NCBI GenBank assembly: GCA_963693365.1
Contig: CAVNZM010000003.1
Span: 7,497,312-7,561,311 of the forward strand
Reading direction: 5' to 3'
Length of the DNA stretch: 64,000 nucleotides
From: Amoebidium appalachense
Taxonomy: Eukaryota; Protista; Ichthyosporea
In this document: positions 1 through 20,010 of the stretch, piece by piece
Layout: each line of letters begins with the position of its first letter
Numbering within the stretch: position 1 is the first letter of the stretch
The notes under the pieces: generated by a model
The model's input: only the letters and a program-made list of their open reading frames with translations
Databases searched by the model: none
Told to the model about the DNA's origin: nothing
Program-made: the position numbers and the translations under genes

Positions 1-1402
1 CACAGGAAGAGGAGGGCAGGGGGAGAGCAAACAGGCAGAGAACAACAAGCGGGGAGGGGGTTGAGGGGGCAGGGGGGGGGAGGGGGAGGCGGTGATTGGA
101 GTGGTACAAGAAGAGGAGTGGGAGGAGGGGACCAGGGGGGATGGGAGTCCCAGTTATACGTTAATGGAGAGACATGGGGATGAGGGGGTGTTTAGGAGCG
201 CTGATCTTATGGCGTAGTTTTTTTTTGAGGTTTTAATGGTTGGTTTGGATTGGTGGAACAATCGTGTACAATAGTAATGAATGAATTTGTTAGTATATGT
301 TTGGTATGCATGTTACGCGAGGCGAGGAGGAAGCAAACATTGTTTCCTGATAAAGTAGTCGCCAAAGTGGGTTTTAGGAATAATGTACATTAATTACTCG
401 GTATATCGTCGAACAAAGTTTGTGTGCAATGGCTGTCTCCGCATTTCTTGCCTCCTTATGGGCTGTCAGATGCACGACACTCTAGATTCTTTATATGGAT
501 TTGTCGCACTACGAAGATTCTGATTGTCACTAATCTGTACGTGAGCAATTTGGTTGGTGATCTATGTCCCTTCCCTTCTCTTTTTCCCGTTTGCGTGTTT
601 TCTTCTTTTTTTGCCCCTACTTTCCTACCAATTTAGGAAAAGCAGTTACGTTATTGGTGCTATGTGTCAGTGTGAACAATGTCAGTGGTAACTTATAAAG
701 ACTCCTGACTGTATGGACTTTATGTTATTTTTAGCTTCTTCTGGTGCATATGGCCATGGATGTATTGTGTTATGAAAAGATGGAAGTTCTAGAGCCTTGT
801 GGAAGAGTCGATGTGTGTACACAGCAACTATTCCAAGCTGAAGTGACATCAAAAAAAAAAAAACGGTTGTGCGCACCTACGAATCATATGCTGGTCACCT
901 ACTGTACATGCTCAGACTAACGGGTCTCAGCACTTGTGCACATGTCGTGCACTTGTGTGTGTGTGTGCATGTGTGTGTGTGTGTTTGGAAGAGGGGGGGG
1001 GGGGGGGGGAACCATCAAGGCGCTGAGGTTGTTTATTCAGTGGAGTAGAAAACTTCCAAATAGAATATCTGGATCCGCGGGAACATAAACAGCAATGTGT
1101 AGAGGCATATACGTTTTGCCCGTGGTTGTGGTTGCATCTGCAGAACTACTCTACTAGTATTGGGAAATTGGTCAAAGAAAACTACCAGATCTACTAACAG
1201 ACCTATGCATGCTTATTACATTATCGTCTCCCAGCTCGTTGCACGTCAGATCGACAGAATTTTGGTCCCCATAAGTTGGACCATACCATAAAAATCCAAT
1301 CTAACAAAGATATTTTGAAGCCATCCACAGAACCTTGTGTGCCGTCCCGCATGTTACCAACTCTGCACACATGTGCACCGTGTTGCAGAAACACGTGCAC
1401 CC

Positions 1403-1498
<96 letters not shown>

Positions 1499-1531
1499 AC
1501 CCACACCCATCCCCACCCACACACCCACACA

Positions 1532-2026
1532 CTACATGCCAGCTAGATCCACGCTTGCGGCATTGTTTCCGGACGCGTCTTTCAAAATCATCTGACCTCC
1601 GGCTGCAGCCCACTCCGTTGTCACGGTGAGCTGGGGGGGGGGTATGTTCGTCAGAATGGAGCCCTTGTAGTGATAATGGATTTCAGTTCTGATAGTGTTC
1701 AGACTGCGGTTTTCTTAACTGTATACCGCATTTTGTGGCTATAAATGTATGTTCCATTTGCCTGTGTTTATGCTAGCTTTCCTTGACTATAAACTCGCAA
1801 CTGTAAACTTCAGTTCCAAGTTTTTATGTTCATGCTGATATCTGTTACTTGAGCTCTCGCCTGCTTTGGAAATTCAGGATTCGTGAAGTTTGGGCATACA
1901 CGATCATCTCCAACTTGTGTATCCTTGTGTTGTGCATGTTACAATCATGGCTCAATAAACATTCTTCGGTGTGTGTGTGTGTGTGTGTGTGCATGTAAGT
2001 GTGCGCGTGAGCATGCACGTGTGTGT

Positions 2027-2057
<31 letters not shown>

Positions 2058-2154
2058 GGGGGGGGGGGGAGATCGATCATCGCTGAAATGACACGTCTGC
2101 CAAGTGTGAATGCAGGAAAACATCTCTCTGACTCTCTCTCCACTCCCCCCCCCC

Positions 2155-2185
<31 letters not shown>

Positions 2186-2223
2186 AAAAATACAACTACG
2201 CGCCTGCACGCGCACGTACTTGC

Positions 2224-2274
<51 letters not shown>

Positions 2275-2712
2275 CGTTTGCCACCTGTCTCCAGCTGCAC
2301 AAGCATCAATGAGCCCTCACTCCATCATTCCAAACCAGAAATCTTGCGTGTGTGTATGTGTGTGCCTGCGCGTGAATGTGTATGTGACGCCCCGGGGGGG
2401 GAGGGGGGGGGGGGGGGGGGAGAGGAGGGGGGATTACATGAACATAGGACTCGGAGACACGGATTGGCCCACAGGAGAACAGCACGTAACCCTGCAGGTG
2501 TTTGATTGGTCAGCAACCCACACACACACGGCATGAGTAGTGCATGATGTATGCCCTACGAGCACACAACTACACAGACAGTAGGGGGGTGTTCAATGCA
2601 AATGTTGTTGGGTGGAATAAGAGGCAGTGTGAGGAAGGACGTACGGTCAACACTGAATGGGTGGCAAAGGCTCATGGATAGCTGAAACTCACTAGCTCCC
2701 ATCCCCCCCCTC

Positions 2713-2768
<56 letters not shown>

Positions 2769-3581
2769 CTGGAGCAAACACCCACAGGTTCAAATACACA
2801 AATCGACGCATACCCCCCCCCCCCCCACACACACACACACACACCTAACCACCCACGCCCAGCTTCCCCCCCCCCCCCCCCCATACACATACACACCCAC
2901 ACCCATCCAGCCCCTACCTTTGCCGGCAGCACGACGCCAATCAGATCACATACGACCTCCTCCCCCCCACTTGCAGCCACACTCAGTGTCCACCCATCCA
3001 GGGCTATGGCTGTGGGCTGCAGGTTGAGCAGACGGAAGGTGCGCCGAATAGGGTTGACCCCATCAAATACAACCTGGGGGGATAGATGTGTTGGTGTGAG
3101 ACGCAAAATGATTGGAAGTGGAACATGGCAAGGTACACACGAGACAAATGTTCTCTTGTATTGCAACGTGTGTTTTAACCGTGCACATGAGAGGGGCTGT
3201 ATCGAACCTACCCTACCCCCGCCCACCCATCCACCCCAACCAAACTCCCCCCTTCAAAAATTAACACTGACCAACCCCGTCCCTCAACCACCCACCCACC
3301 CACCCACCCACCCACCCACCCACACACACACACCCACACACACACACCCACACCCACACCCACACCCACACACACCCACACACACACACACCCACACACA
3401 CCCACCCACCTTTACCTCCCCCCCCCCCTCCCTCCCCGGGGTCCCCACCACCACCACCACCCCGCTTCCCCCCTCCCCCCCCACCACCACCCACCTACAC
3501 CCACCAACCCCCCTCTTCTCCCCCCCACCCTCCCTCCCTTCCCTATTCCCCCCCGGCCCCTTCCCTCTCCCCCCCACACCC

Positions 3582-3617
<36 letters not shown>

Positions 3618-4017
3618 CACGCCCAATTGTGTGCCTGCAATCTCCACCTCAGCCAGACTGTCTGCCGCATGCACATCCGTCACCCACACACACGCACACC
3701 CTTCACATGCCCCCCCCCCTCCTCCCCCCTCCTCCCCCTCTCTCCCCCCCCCCCCCCCCCCCCCCCCCCCTCCAACACACACACACACCTGTGTGCCTGC
3801 AGACACCACCTCCACCAAGCTATCAGCAGCATGCACATCCGTGCTTCCCTGCATGCCCGCCACGTCCTCATCCACAGCCCCCAGCACCTCCTTCATCTGG
3901 CCTATCTTCACCTCCAGCTGCGCCCTCATCTCTTCAAGACGCTCACGACGTATGTTGCTGTCGTTCTTGACCTTCTCCTTCTCGTACGCAATGCGCGCCC
4001 TATATGTGTGTGTGTGT

Positions 4018-4056
<39 letters not shown>

Positions 4057-4446
4057 TGTGTGTGTGTGGATGTGGTCGGTTAGGGGGGGGGGGGGGGGGG
4101 GTGAGGGATGTGGTGTGTACGTGTACGTGTGTGGTGTGTGGGGGGGGGGGGGGGGGGGGGGGGGTGAGGGGAGAGAGGTGGTGTAAGTTTGTGTGTATAT
4201 GTGATGTGCGGGAAGGGGGGGGGGGGGGGGGGGGGGGGAAGGGGAGGGGGTGAGCATATGCTGTCAGAGTACCAAGTATAAGCTCACGACAATTACAACA
4301 CAGATTTTCCAAGAGCATATACAAAGAGCATGCATCAGAGTGAAAGGGCATCATCATCAGGAGGGGGGGAGAAGGGATTATGCATGGAACAAAATCGGCC
4401 CTCGAAGCAAGCACATCGACAACCCGCCCAAGACAAAAACACAAGG

Positions 4447-4485
<39 letters not shown>

Positions 4486-5817
4486 TATTTTTTGTTTGTT
4501 TTAGCGTACCTCTCGACCTCAGTATCGCACTCATTCTTAAAGACCTTTGTGGCCTTCTCCTCCTCCCTGACCCTCTCTCTGATGTCATCCACCTCAGCCT
4601 GCAACTTCCTCACAGCCCCCACCACCTCCTCCACCTCCTGTGCCTGCCTGCTGATGTCTGCTAGCGTGTGCTTCTGTTGCACTATCTCCTTCTCCCTGGC
4701 AACTATCGCACTGTTTATTCCCTCCACGTCGGGGCCCTCTGTCGACATCTTGTTGCGGTATGTAGCTTGCAGTGCAGCCTTGCGTGTTGCCAGGCGGTCT
4801 TGCATCTCTTGGTCGAATGGAACAAGCGCCAGTTTGAGCTCCTGTGTAGGAATGAGTGGTGATTGGGCGACAGTCAGCAGTGGAATGTGTGGAATGTGTC
4901 GACAGCCAATGAAATCATGTGTGACAATTGGAGAAAAAGGTGAAAAAAGACGAATGCACATAGAGCTGACACAGAATACGCTATGTATGGGAAACCCATT
5001 CTTAAACACTCCCACCCAATCTACGGGTACAGAACCTTGAAAAAGCAATAGGTAAAAACATTCCCACCCGACCTCAAAAGTACAGAACGATTGAGATTGA
5101 AATGGGCCTAAACACTCCCACCCGACCTTCAGATAAATATAATTGAGATTGAAATGGGCCTAAACACTCCCACCCGACCTTCAGATAAATATGATTGAAA
5201 TTGAAATGGGCCTAAACACTCCCACCCGACCTTCAGATAAATATGATTGAGATTGAAATTTGGCCTAAACACTCCCACCCGCCCTTCAGATAAATATGAT
5301 TGAGATTGATGGGCCTAAACACTCCCACCCGACCTTCAGATAAATATGATTGAGATTGAAATAGGCCATCGTCTATCGGAGAACTCAACGCCACCCAGAC
5401 ACACACCTACTATGTCACTGAAGTATCGCAAGGGCACACATACACAACTGGACACAACCCTACTTATCGATCCCCCCTCCCCCCCCCCCCCTCCTTCTCC
5501 CTGCAACCTTCATCCCCCCCCCCCCCCCCCCCCTCCCCCCCTCCCCCCCTCCCCCCCCCCCCCCCCCCCCCCCCAGGGGTTCACAGCCATCCCTATCCCT
5601 ACACCCAAAAATGCTTGCCAAAAGCACCAATCCACATATTAGAACAGACCATTGCAAATGTTTCCTTTCACCTGCTCCCCACTCCCCACACATACACACT
5701 TTCCAACCCCCCCCCCCCCCCTCCTTCCAGTAACAACCCTCCCCCCTCCCCCGCCTTCCACCCCTCTCCCCAAAGTACATGCACACACGCACGCACATAT
5801 GCATACATGCACGCACG

Positions 5818-5874
<57 letters not shown>

Positions 5875-6285
5875 CACACACACATACACACACCCACACC
5901 CACCCACACACACACACAAAATCAGACCTCTCCCATTGCACCAGCTCACAAAGCCTCCGGCACCCATGCCCCTACCCCCTGGCCGATCTTCACACCACCC
6001 CACCTATCCATCCCCCCCCCTCCCCCCGCCCAGCCACCACCACACACACACACACACCTCGTTCTTCTGCCTGATGAGCTGTGTCTCGAACTCCTTAGCC
6101 GCCTTCTTCTGTCTGTCCACATCCTGCTCCCTCTCTGCTAGCTCCTGCACCCGTAGCTCCAGCTGCAAAACACAGCCGGTCAGCACTTACAAACACAGAT
6201 ACACACAAGCACACACACACACAAGCACGCGCGCGCACACATACTCACACACACCACACACACACTAACACATGCGCACGCACTC

Positions 6286-6317
<32 letters not shown>

Positions 6318-6941
6318 ACACACACTAACACATGCGCACGCACTACACACACACACACAAGCACTAAGAGAGGCGAAAGCGTGGGGCGGGGGGGGGGTGG
6401 AGGGGGGAAACTGCAGATCGTGACGGACACAGAGAAGAGGGCGGGACGGTGCCGATGGCAACACGCAAGGACACACGCACAAGGAGTGTGTGTGTTTCTA
6501 TGATGTGTGAATAGCTGGACGTTAGAACCCACCACAAAACCGGAAGCAAGAACATGGAGACATGTGCAAAACTGAACACAACACTACACATTGTCGATAC
6601 AGTTCATGTGTGTGTGGCCGAGCCATCCACCCCACCTGCCTCAAGCATTTTATCCCCCCCCCCCTCCCCACACTTTTTTTTCTCCTTTCCACTCTCTTTC
6701 CCACCCTCCTATTCTTTCCCCTCTTTCCTCTCTTGTTTCTCCCCTCCTCCCCCCGCCCCCCCCTTTTTTTTTCTTTCCCCTTTCTTTCTCCTTTTTCCCT
6801 TCTTGCCCCCCCTCCACCCCCCCCCCCCCCCCCACCCCACCCTTTTTTTCCCTTCCCCTTTTCCTTCTTTTTCCCCTCTTTTCCTTTCGTCTACCCCCCT
6901 CCCCCCCCCCCCCCGCCCGCCCCGCCCCCGCCCCCCCCTCT

Positions 6942-6974
<33 letters not shown>

Positions 6975-7549
6975 ACCTTTTTTTCCCCATTATTACCTCA
7001 GCCAGCTCGTTCTCCAGGCTGCCCCGTTTGGTCACCAGTCCCTCGTGTTCCATGGCCTTCTGTCTCTGTGCCTCCCTGGCCTCTTCAAGCTCATGTTCTG
7101 CCTCGGCTACTAGCTTGGCCTTCTCAGCTCGGGTCTGCTCGGCATTCTAGGACCAAAGAACAACATCAGCAACTCACTTAAAAGCATGGAGTGTGGGCAC
7201 AGTGTGCTAATATGTCGGGGAGGGGGGGAGGGGAAGGGGCAAGGCGGAGGAGGGTTAAACTGTGTTTCAGAGTACGAAGTACTACGTTCATACGGCAGGG
7301 GGGGGGGGGGGGGGGGGGGGGACATTCACGTTAAGCTGTACTGAAGGGCAACAACAGAGGACCGTGGCAGTGCATGTTATACTACGGTCATGGGAGTTGA
7401 ATAGATGAAGGGGGGTGGGGGGGGGGGGGGGTTGGAATGCAGTGTACGGTACGAGGCACCAAACTACAATGGATAACGTTAGGAGGATGCACAAAAAAGA
7501 AAAACACACAGAACTCAATACCAGTTAGCCCATCCCCCGTGAGCAACCC

Positions 7550-7590
<41 letters not shown>

Positions 7591-8144
7591 GATACCCGGA
7601 AGAAAACATCGACTTACTTTCTTTTTCTGCAGGGCAATGTCCTTGCTCCTGTCTGCCTCCATCATCACCACAGTGGTTTCAGATATGGCATCTTGCAGCT
7701 GCCCACGCTGATCCCGCAGTGTTGTGAGTTTCTTTTTTAACTCCTCGTGTTGGCTCTCCTTCTTGCTGAGCTCTGCTGCCCGTTGTGTGTTGTTCTTGCG
7801 CAGCTGAGAAAGTTGGTTCTGAATGGTGATGAAGAAGTGATTGGTTAGGTGAGGTTTGGAGAAGGTGTCGTGCTTGGTATGTCTGTGTGGGAGGCAGGAA
7901 GAAAAAGGATGATGACTCGATGCTTCGGTGAACATTGCCGGTGGTGAAGTTGGTTGTTGGATACACTACGGACGGACACACACACTGATGCGTGTCACAC
8001 AGTCTACTCGTGCATGCTTAAGCACATACAAACATACAGGCACAAAGGCACAGAGACACACTCACTCATACTTACACAAACACACACAGACACACACAGG
8101 TGCGCACACGTGCACACGCGCACACGAACACGCGCGCGCACACG

Positions 8145-8201
<57 letters not shown>

Positions 8202-8940
8202 ACCACCACCACCATGAAACACCATTCCTATTTTTACAACTCCCTGCAACCCACACACGATCTAAGGCCCTATCACTCCCTTTGAGGTACGGATAACACC
8301 TTTCAGACCAGGCGCTTCAGCTGCTCGTGTGGACAAAAATATATCTGGTCGCAAGGCGAGCCGCGTGCAACCACAAACCGACCTACACATAGCAGTAAAA
8401 TTCCCTCCCTATCTCTCCTCTCTCTCTCTCCCCCCCCTCCCCCCCCCCCCCCCCCTTCCCCCCCTCATTTCTTTTCCCCAAGATCCATATCCGTTATAAC
8501 CTGGGCAAGAATCTCACCCAGCGCCTAGCATACAAGATAACAGAAGGTATAAGAACATCGCCCTTTCTTTTTCCTATCCAAAACGGCCCTAGGAACTGCC
8601 ACACAGAGAAAAGCCGATAACTGCCAAAAGCCGATAAACTGCACCAGATGCATGCGAACAGTCACACGCAAAACGTCTGATGGTTACCACCACAATTAAC
8701 AAACAAAAACCCGATTTCTACATATGGACCTGCAGTACACTTACGTACCTGGAGTGCCGCTTTCTGTGCCATAAACTCTGCCTCTGCCTGCCTTAACTTC
8801 TCCTGCAGCTCTCTCTCTATCCTTCCCTTGTCTGCTTCTGTAGCCTCGCGGCCTATAACAGCCCTCCGCATAACTCTATCTACCTCATCGTTGATGTAGT
8901 CCCACCTACTCACATCTTCCTCTCTATTTGGTTCGCCCAT
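1532..8940 (-). CDS. Lamin-like intermediate-filament protein (long coiled-coil rod + lamin tail domain), ~514 aa, 10 exons
   Basis: GT-AG exons with consistent phases: 8940-8749, 7818-7618, 7146-6997, 6162-6058, 4841-4510, 3999-3789, 3073-2918, 2491-2438, 2365-2321, 1630-1532. The E/K/Q/R-rich rod is ~355 aa and ends [17 protein letters not shown], resembling the IF rod-end consensus. The tail [18 protein letters not shown]...VLPAKGYV...FLVWNDG...W...MILKDASG fits an LTD. Exon 9 boundaries are the least certain. Confidence 0.75.
5004..5366. repeat. ~52-bp minisatellite, 6-7 copies, intronic
   Basis: Unit AACACTCCCACCCGACCTTCAGATAAATATGATTGAGATTGAAATGGGCCTA starts at 5111, 5163, 5215, 5268 and 5318, with degenerate copies near 5004 and 5058. 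Confidence 0.9.
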
Positions 8941-9658
8941 TTTCCTGTTTGTTCTAAACCATAAATTGGCCTTCGTGTGTTTTAGGAAAGTGAGGAGCAC
9001 TTAACAGTTGCACAAAAATAACCGTGTTCGCCCCGAAGAGCTCTACCTGAAAAAAAATAGTACTGGTTATAACATGTATATTTTTAAATTTCTATAATGT
9101 AGTGCTATAGAGTACACGCCTACAACCTTTAGTTTCTTTATTATTTTTTCCCTTCAAGTTTTTTTCGTTTTTCGTTTTCAAGAGCTGGCAGGCGGCAACG
9201 GTTTCTGCGCGTGTCTTTTCCCGCCCAAACAAAGATCAAATTCGGTCACGCAAAGCCCATTGGCTTAGCGCTATCAGATTACTTTTTAGCCAATCGCTTT
9301 GCATAAAACCTAAAACTGGCTTGAAACTAAAGGTTAGAACCGGATGCGGGTCAAAGTCAGCAAGGGGTAAGACACCGACCCGCATATTTTATCCGACCCG
9401 AGTTCCTACCTGGGGTCGTATCAAGTTGGTTTTCTACGTTCGCCAGAGAGCCTTTGCAACTTTTTTTTGTTTCAAAGCCGTGTTTCATTTCCTTACGTGG
9501 GAATTCGCGTTTTTCAATAGTTTTAGGTCATATGGTAACTTTCTGAAGTTGGCAAGGTTCAAACAGGATTTCCATAATTCGCCATTTTTGCATATTCCAA
9601 GCCTGCCGTCATTCACATAACATCGTCACTTGTAGGCTATAGAAACATCAGGCTCGCC
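8941..9658. promoter_or_regulatory. Putative bidirectional promoter between the lamin-like gene and the elongase
   Basis: Head-to-head ATGs ~720 bp apart. The interval lacks microsatellites and has CCAAT boxes in both orientations (ATTGG ~9259, CCAAT ~9290). Confidence 0.5.
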
Positions 9659-15542
<5,884 letters not shown>

Positions 15543-16860
15543 TAGAACCAAATATGGGTATGCGGGTATGCGTGGGTAGGTGTGATTGGTTGATGGTTGG
15601 GTGGCCGGTAGGGTAAGATGTCCACAGGTCGTATGTAGTGTAGTAGGTGTAAACATGATCATCAGTGATTACTAATGTATCTGACATATAGCAGTTACTG
15701 TGTAGTTAACGCTTCATGTTTCTTTTTTTTATCCTGCGCCAGAGCACAATTATTATTCGTACAAATGGGTTTCAAACTCGACCCTAGTATGTGTTGACCT
15801 GTTGTAGAAGAGTAATATGCTTATTTCCCGTATGAACCAATCGAATCATTGCGTACGACAGATTCGTTTACTCGAAAAGTGTTCAAGGGTAGGATGGGTA
15901 GGGGAGAATGTTTTGTAAGCGGCCAACGGAACTCTCGAACGTTGAATGTGTGGATTGGCGCTTTTGTTTTTTCCGGATTTGAGCGGAAAAGTGGTCAGTG
16001 CGTGCTTTTGCGCATTGTATTAACATTTTACGGATTTATTTTATGGATATTGTTTTATGGGCTTGTATTGCCCTGGCTGGGTATGAAGCTGTGAGGGAGG
16101 GCAAATGTGTTGGATGTAGTGAGCATGTACCCATACTGGTGGCGATGTATGTACGTATGCACATGTACGCTGTTTCCGACTTTCGCGAGTCAATGCCAAA
16201 TTCATCGGGTCCCACTGCTATGCACCAACTATATTGTACCCCTCCTCTTCCCCAATCCCCTTGCAATTGACCCCACCCCACCTCTCACACGTACACACGC
16301 ACGCACACGCATACCACACACGCACATGGGCTCTGCTGATTTGCACAACGTGCGTGTTGTTGAAGTTGGTTACCGTAGTCACATGATGTTTGCCTTTGCA
16401 TGTATTCTGCAGTGTTTCTCATGACGTGTAGTTGTACTTTGAAGCCCATGTTCAAATCCCTCAAATTCCCCCCCTCCCCCTCCCCGCGCCCTCCCCATAT
16501 GCCCCCGCCCGGCGCCCCACCGACCCACTTGGTTTGCCACATAAGGGGCACCTGAAAAAAAGAACCCGAGCTGGCTGTTGAAACAAAGGATGATTGGGTT
16601 GGGACCAGGCGAGCGAGAAGTTAATGTTAGGTTGAACTGTGAGTCGTTTTGTCCATTGAACCCCAAAGCTGCAGACGACTTGTCCCATCTTCGAACGTCT
16701 TTCTTTTTCTTCTTTCTTGACGCTCCCCGGTCAGTTTGGTTTCTGGTTTTTGTATTTATTTAAATTTGTGAGTCAGATGTGTTATGCTTTCCGGGGCTTC
16801 GGTGACGTCCCCATGTTGAGCCCGAATAAGAACCGTTGGCCTGGCTAATGTACATACCCT

Positions 16861-16899
<39 letters not shown>

Positions 16900-16901
<2 letters not shown>

Positions 16902-17071
16902 TTCTCCTCCCACCACCACCACCACCACCACCAAAAAAAAAAAAAAAAAAAAAAAGAACTCCTAGGGCCGCCCCCGGCCCTTCCTAAAATGGCTCCCTCC
17001 GTCACTCCCTCATACACGCACCCTCCCCCTTCACCCTCCCCCCCCCCCCCCCCCCCTCCCCCCCCCCCCCC

Positions 17072-17135
<64 letters not shown>

Positions 17136-17270
17136 TCCCACCACCACCACCACCACCACCACAAAAAAAAAAAAAAAAAAAAATTCGTAGGGCCGCCCCC
17201 TTCCTAAGTATCGCCGACCTCCGTCGATCACTCCCTCATACACGCACCCTCCCCCTTCACCCTTTCTTCC
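16900..17270. repeat. Local tandem duplication of a composite unit (poly-C/(CCA)n/poly-A plus unique core)
   Basis: TAGGGCCGCCCC...TTCCTAA...TCACTCCCTCATACACGCACCCTCCCCCTTCACCCT occurs at ~16962-17037 and ~17188-17263, each preceded by (CCA)n and an A-run. Confidence 0.75.
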
Positions 17271-17311
17271 CCCCTCCCCTCCCAACACCCCCCCCCTCCC
17301 CCGGCCCCCCC

Positions 17312-17342
<31 letters not shown>

Positions 17343-17625
17343 ACACACACCTCCCCCCCGGGCGCTAGCTAGGGCCCTAGCTTGACCGTCGCCCGCCCGG
17401 GACCCCCTTCCTTCATCCTAGGCCGATCCCTAAGCCTCTTTAAAGGCCCTTTATGAATTAATTCTTTCAGACTCTGTAGGGCTTGCGCAGTTGGCCGTCC
17501 GTATCGTATACATTATGCATGAGCACTTGGGCTCCGAGTCCGGGTGGCACTATGATGTGTGTCACCGTGTGTGTGTGTGGGTGGGGGGTGGGGGTGTGTG
17601 TGTGCCAGTGGGTGGGTGGGTGGGT

Positions 17626-17658
<33 letters not shown>

Positions 17659-18430
17659 CTGCTACGGGTGCCCAATAAACGAACGAAATCAGCTGGGTGT
17701 GGAGGAGTTCCGCATGCATGTGTGCCTGTGTCACGTGCACGGTGGCTGGTACCTTTTGTAGACCCTACATGGAACGCAGCTATGTGTGTGCTACAGTACC
17801 GTAGTGTGTTGTGAAGTTTTGAATTCATATCATTACCTCTCTATAATTATATCTCTCCATAGCTCAGCCTGCATACTTTGCTTGGATGTCACAGCATGTT
17901 TTCATGTCCCTTTACATAGATATACACAACGACATGGGCCTTAAACCAAATATTGTGCACGTAACGAGACTACGAGTAACGGTGGTGTAAATAAATACCA
18001 GTGTTGATGCTCCGTGTTCAGTCATACTATTATTTATACTTTTATGTTCCTTGAATAAAAACCCTTTCTTGCGCGCCAAATATAAAACTTCCCGCCAAAT
18101 TTTCCACATATGGCTAATCACATGGTGCCTTCTCCCTGCATCAATCTATTCAATACCACGGCTTCTTTTCGATATTATCTACTTATGGTTTCTCTCGTCG
18201 TTGGCACTTGTGCTCCAGCCGTGCCTAAGTTTGTCATAGGAAATTGCAGATGCCACAGTCTGAACACTCACGGTTGGTGTAGCCTAATTAGCCTGTTAAC
18301 TTTATTGAATGGATGATTAAGCCTGGGCGGTATATTCCCAATTTTTTATTTTTTTTTAAATACATATCATGATATACGGTCACCTAAGATCTCAGTATGT
18401 CGCGGACAAGATATTGAGGAAGTGTCATTT

Positions 18431-18509
<79 letters not shown>

Positions 18510-18643
18510 TTCCCCCTTCCTCCCCACCCCCATGGGCACGCATAACACAAAAAAAGAGCTTAGTCTTCAAAACAGCTTCGTTTGCACCACGGTTGTGTAT
18601 GTGGCTGTATGCGTGTGTGTGAGTGAGTGCGTGCAGGTGGGCA

Positions 18644-18749
<106 letters not shown>

Positions 18750-19322
18750 ACCTGTGTTGTTTCTCATATCCCCCACCCCCACCCCACACACACACACCCC
18801 TTCCCCCCCCCCCCCCCCCCCCCCCCCTATCCCAGAGGGAGTAATAAAAAACAACAAAAATTGATGACGTAGTTCAAGAACATCTAAAAGTTGTACGTCG
18901 AATAGTGGAATAAAGATAAGATGACGTGATCTAAAAGCCAGCAGCATCATGATTGAAGGATGCACGGCAAGACATGGCCGGAAATTCAATCCAAGCCTAA
19001 GGGCATTCGAACATACGGCGAATATGCACATCCCGCTTTAAAATATCTTTGCACATCATGAGTCAGAAGGCTTCTAACCTAAACTGTGTATGTATCATAC
19101 AACGGGAGATACTATAGTAGGCTATACCATGATGTAGTGGTTATGGTGGTTGTCCACAACGCCCACGGATGCGAACAAAAGGGGAATACAGACCTTAATC
19201 ACGCTAAGTCTAAGTGCATTCGAACGGGATATAATGGTTATTCTTTCATGCTGCATCTGAAATGCGGGTAGAAAATCCCGTAAACGACACGTAAGGGTTC
19301 TACAAAATTAATGCAAGAAAGC

Positions 19323-19973
19323 TCATGAACCCTCCTTGCCCCTGCTAATGACCGAAGGCCTCACCACCACCAAATTCTCTGCACAGATTTTCGAGGTTGC
19401 ATGCTCCAGCCACGCCTTCATGCTGGTGGCCGATTTCGGATTTTTCCCATCGCAATTTCTCCTAGGCGGCGCCGATCTCGGTGCGATCGTGTTGCTGCTG
19501 ATGTGCCTCAATCCCAAATTGCGAGTTTCATCGCACAAACGTGTGGAACTGCTTAGCCGTCTGATGTATTCGCTACGGTATTCTTCGAATTCATCCGTCA
19601 CATGCAGTCTCCGGAATGAGTCTCGAAATACGAGTTGGTATGCCTCAATCTGTGCTACATCAAATAACGAGGCAAGCAAGTTCCGGTTTTCGGGTAAGGA
19701 AATTCCGGTTTGGCCTTGAAGCTCCAGTTTTGCAATCGTTTCCCGGATTTCTACTGAAGTTTCGTACTTGAGGTTGGTCTGAAATAAAAAATCCGTAGCC
19801 TCGCGTTAGATATGAAAGACTGACTTGGCGATGTGAATGTAAGAAGCCCCCTCAACCCATCACACGCACACACGCACGCACGCACATACACACGCACACA
19901 CGCACGCATGCATGGACGCACGCACGCACGCATGCACGCACACACACGCACAGGCACGCACACACATATGCGC

Positions 19974-20010
<37 letters not shown>

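Noticed and set aside
2284-2342. Possible in-frame TGA recoding (ISGLE*WSEG) in the lamin-like gene
   Set aside because: Another frame (FLVWNDG) with canonical splice sites fits the LTD and needs no readthrough.
17036-17135. Exact lengths of very long poly-C/G runs as functional G-quadruplex elements
   Set aside because: Homopolymer lengths are unreliable in long-read assemblies and the runs occur on both strands, so no specific function is supportable.
15998-17814. Possible small spliced gene downstream of the elongase
   Set aside because: Candidate exons could not be joined in a consistent frame and show no recognisable motif.
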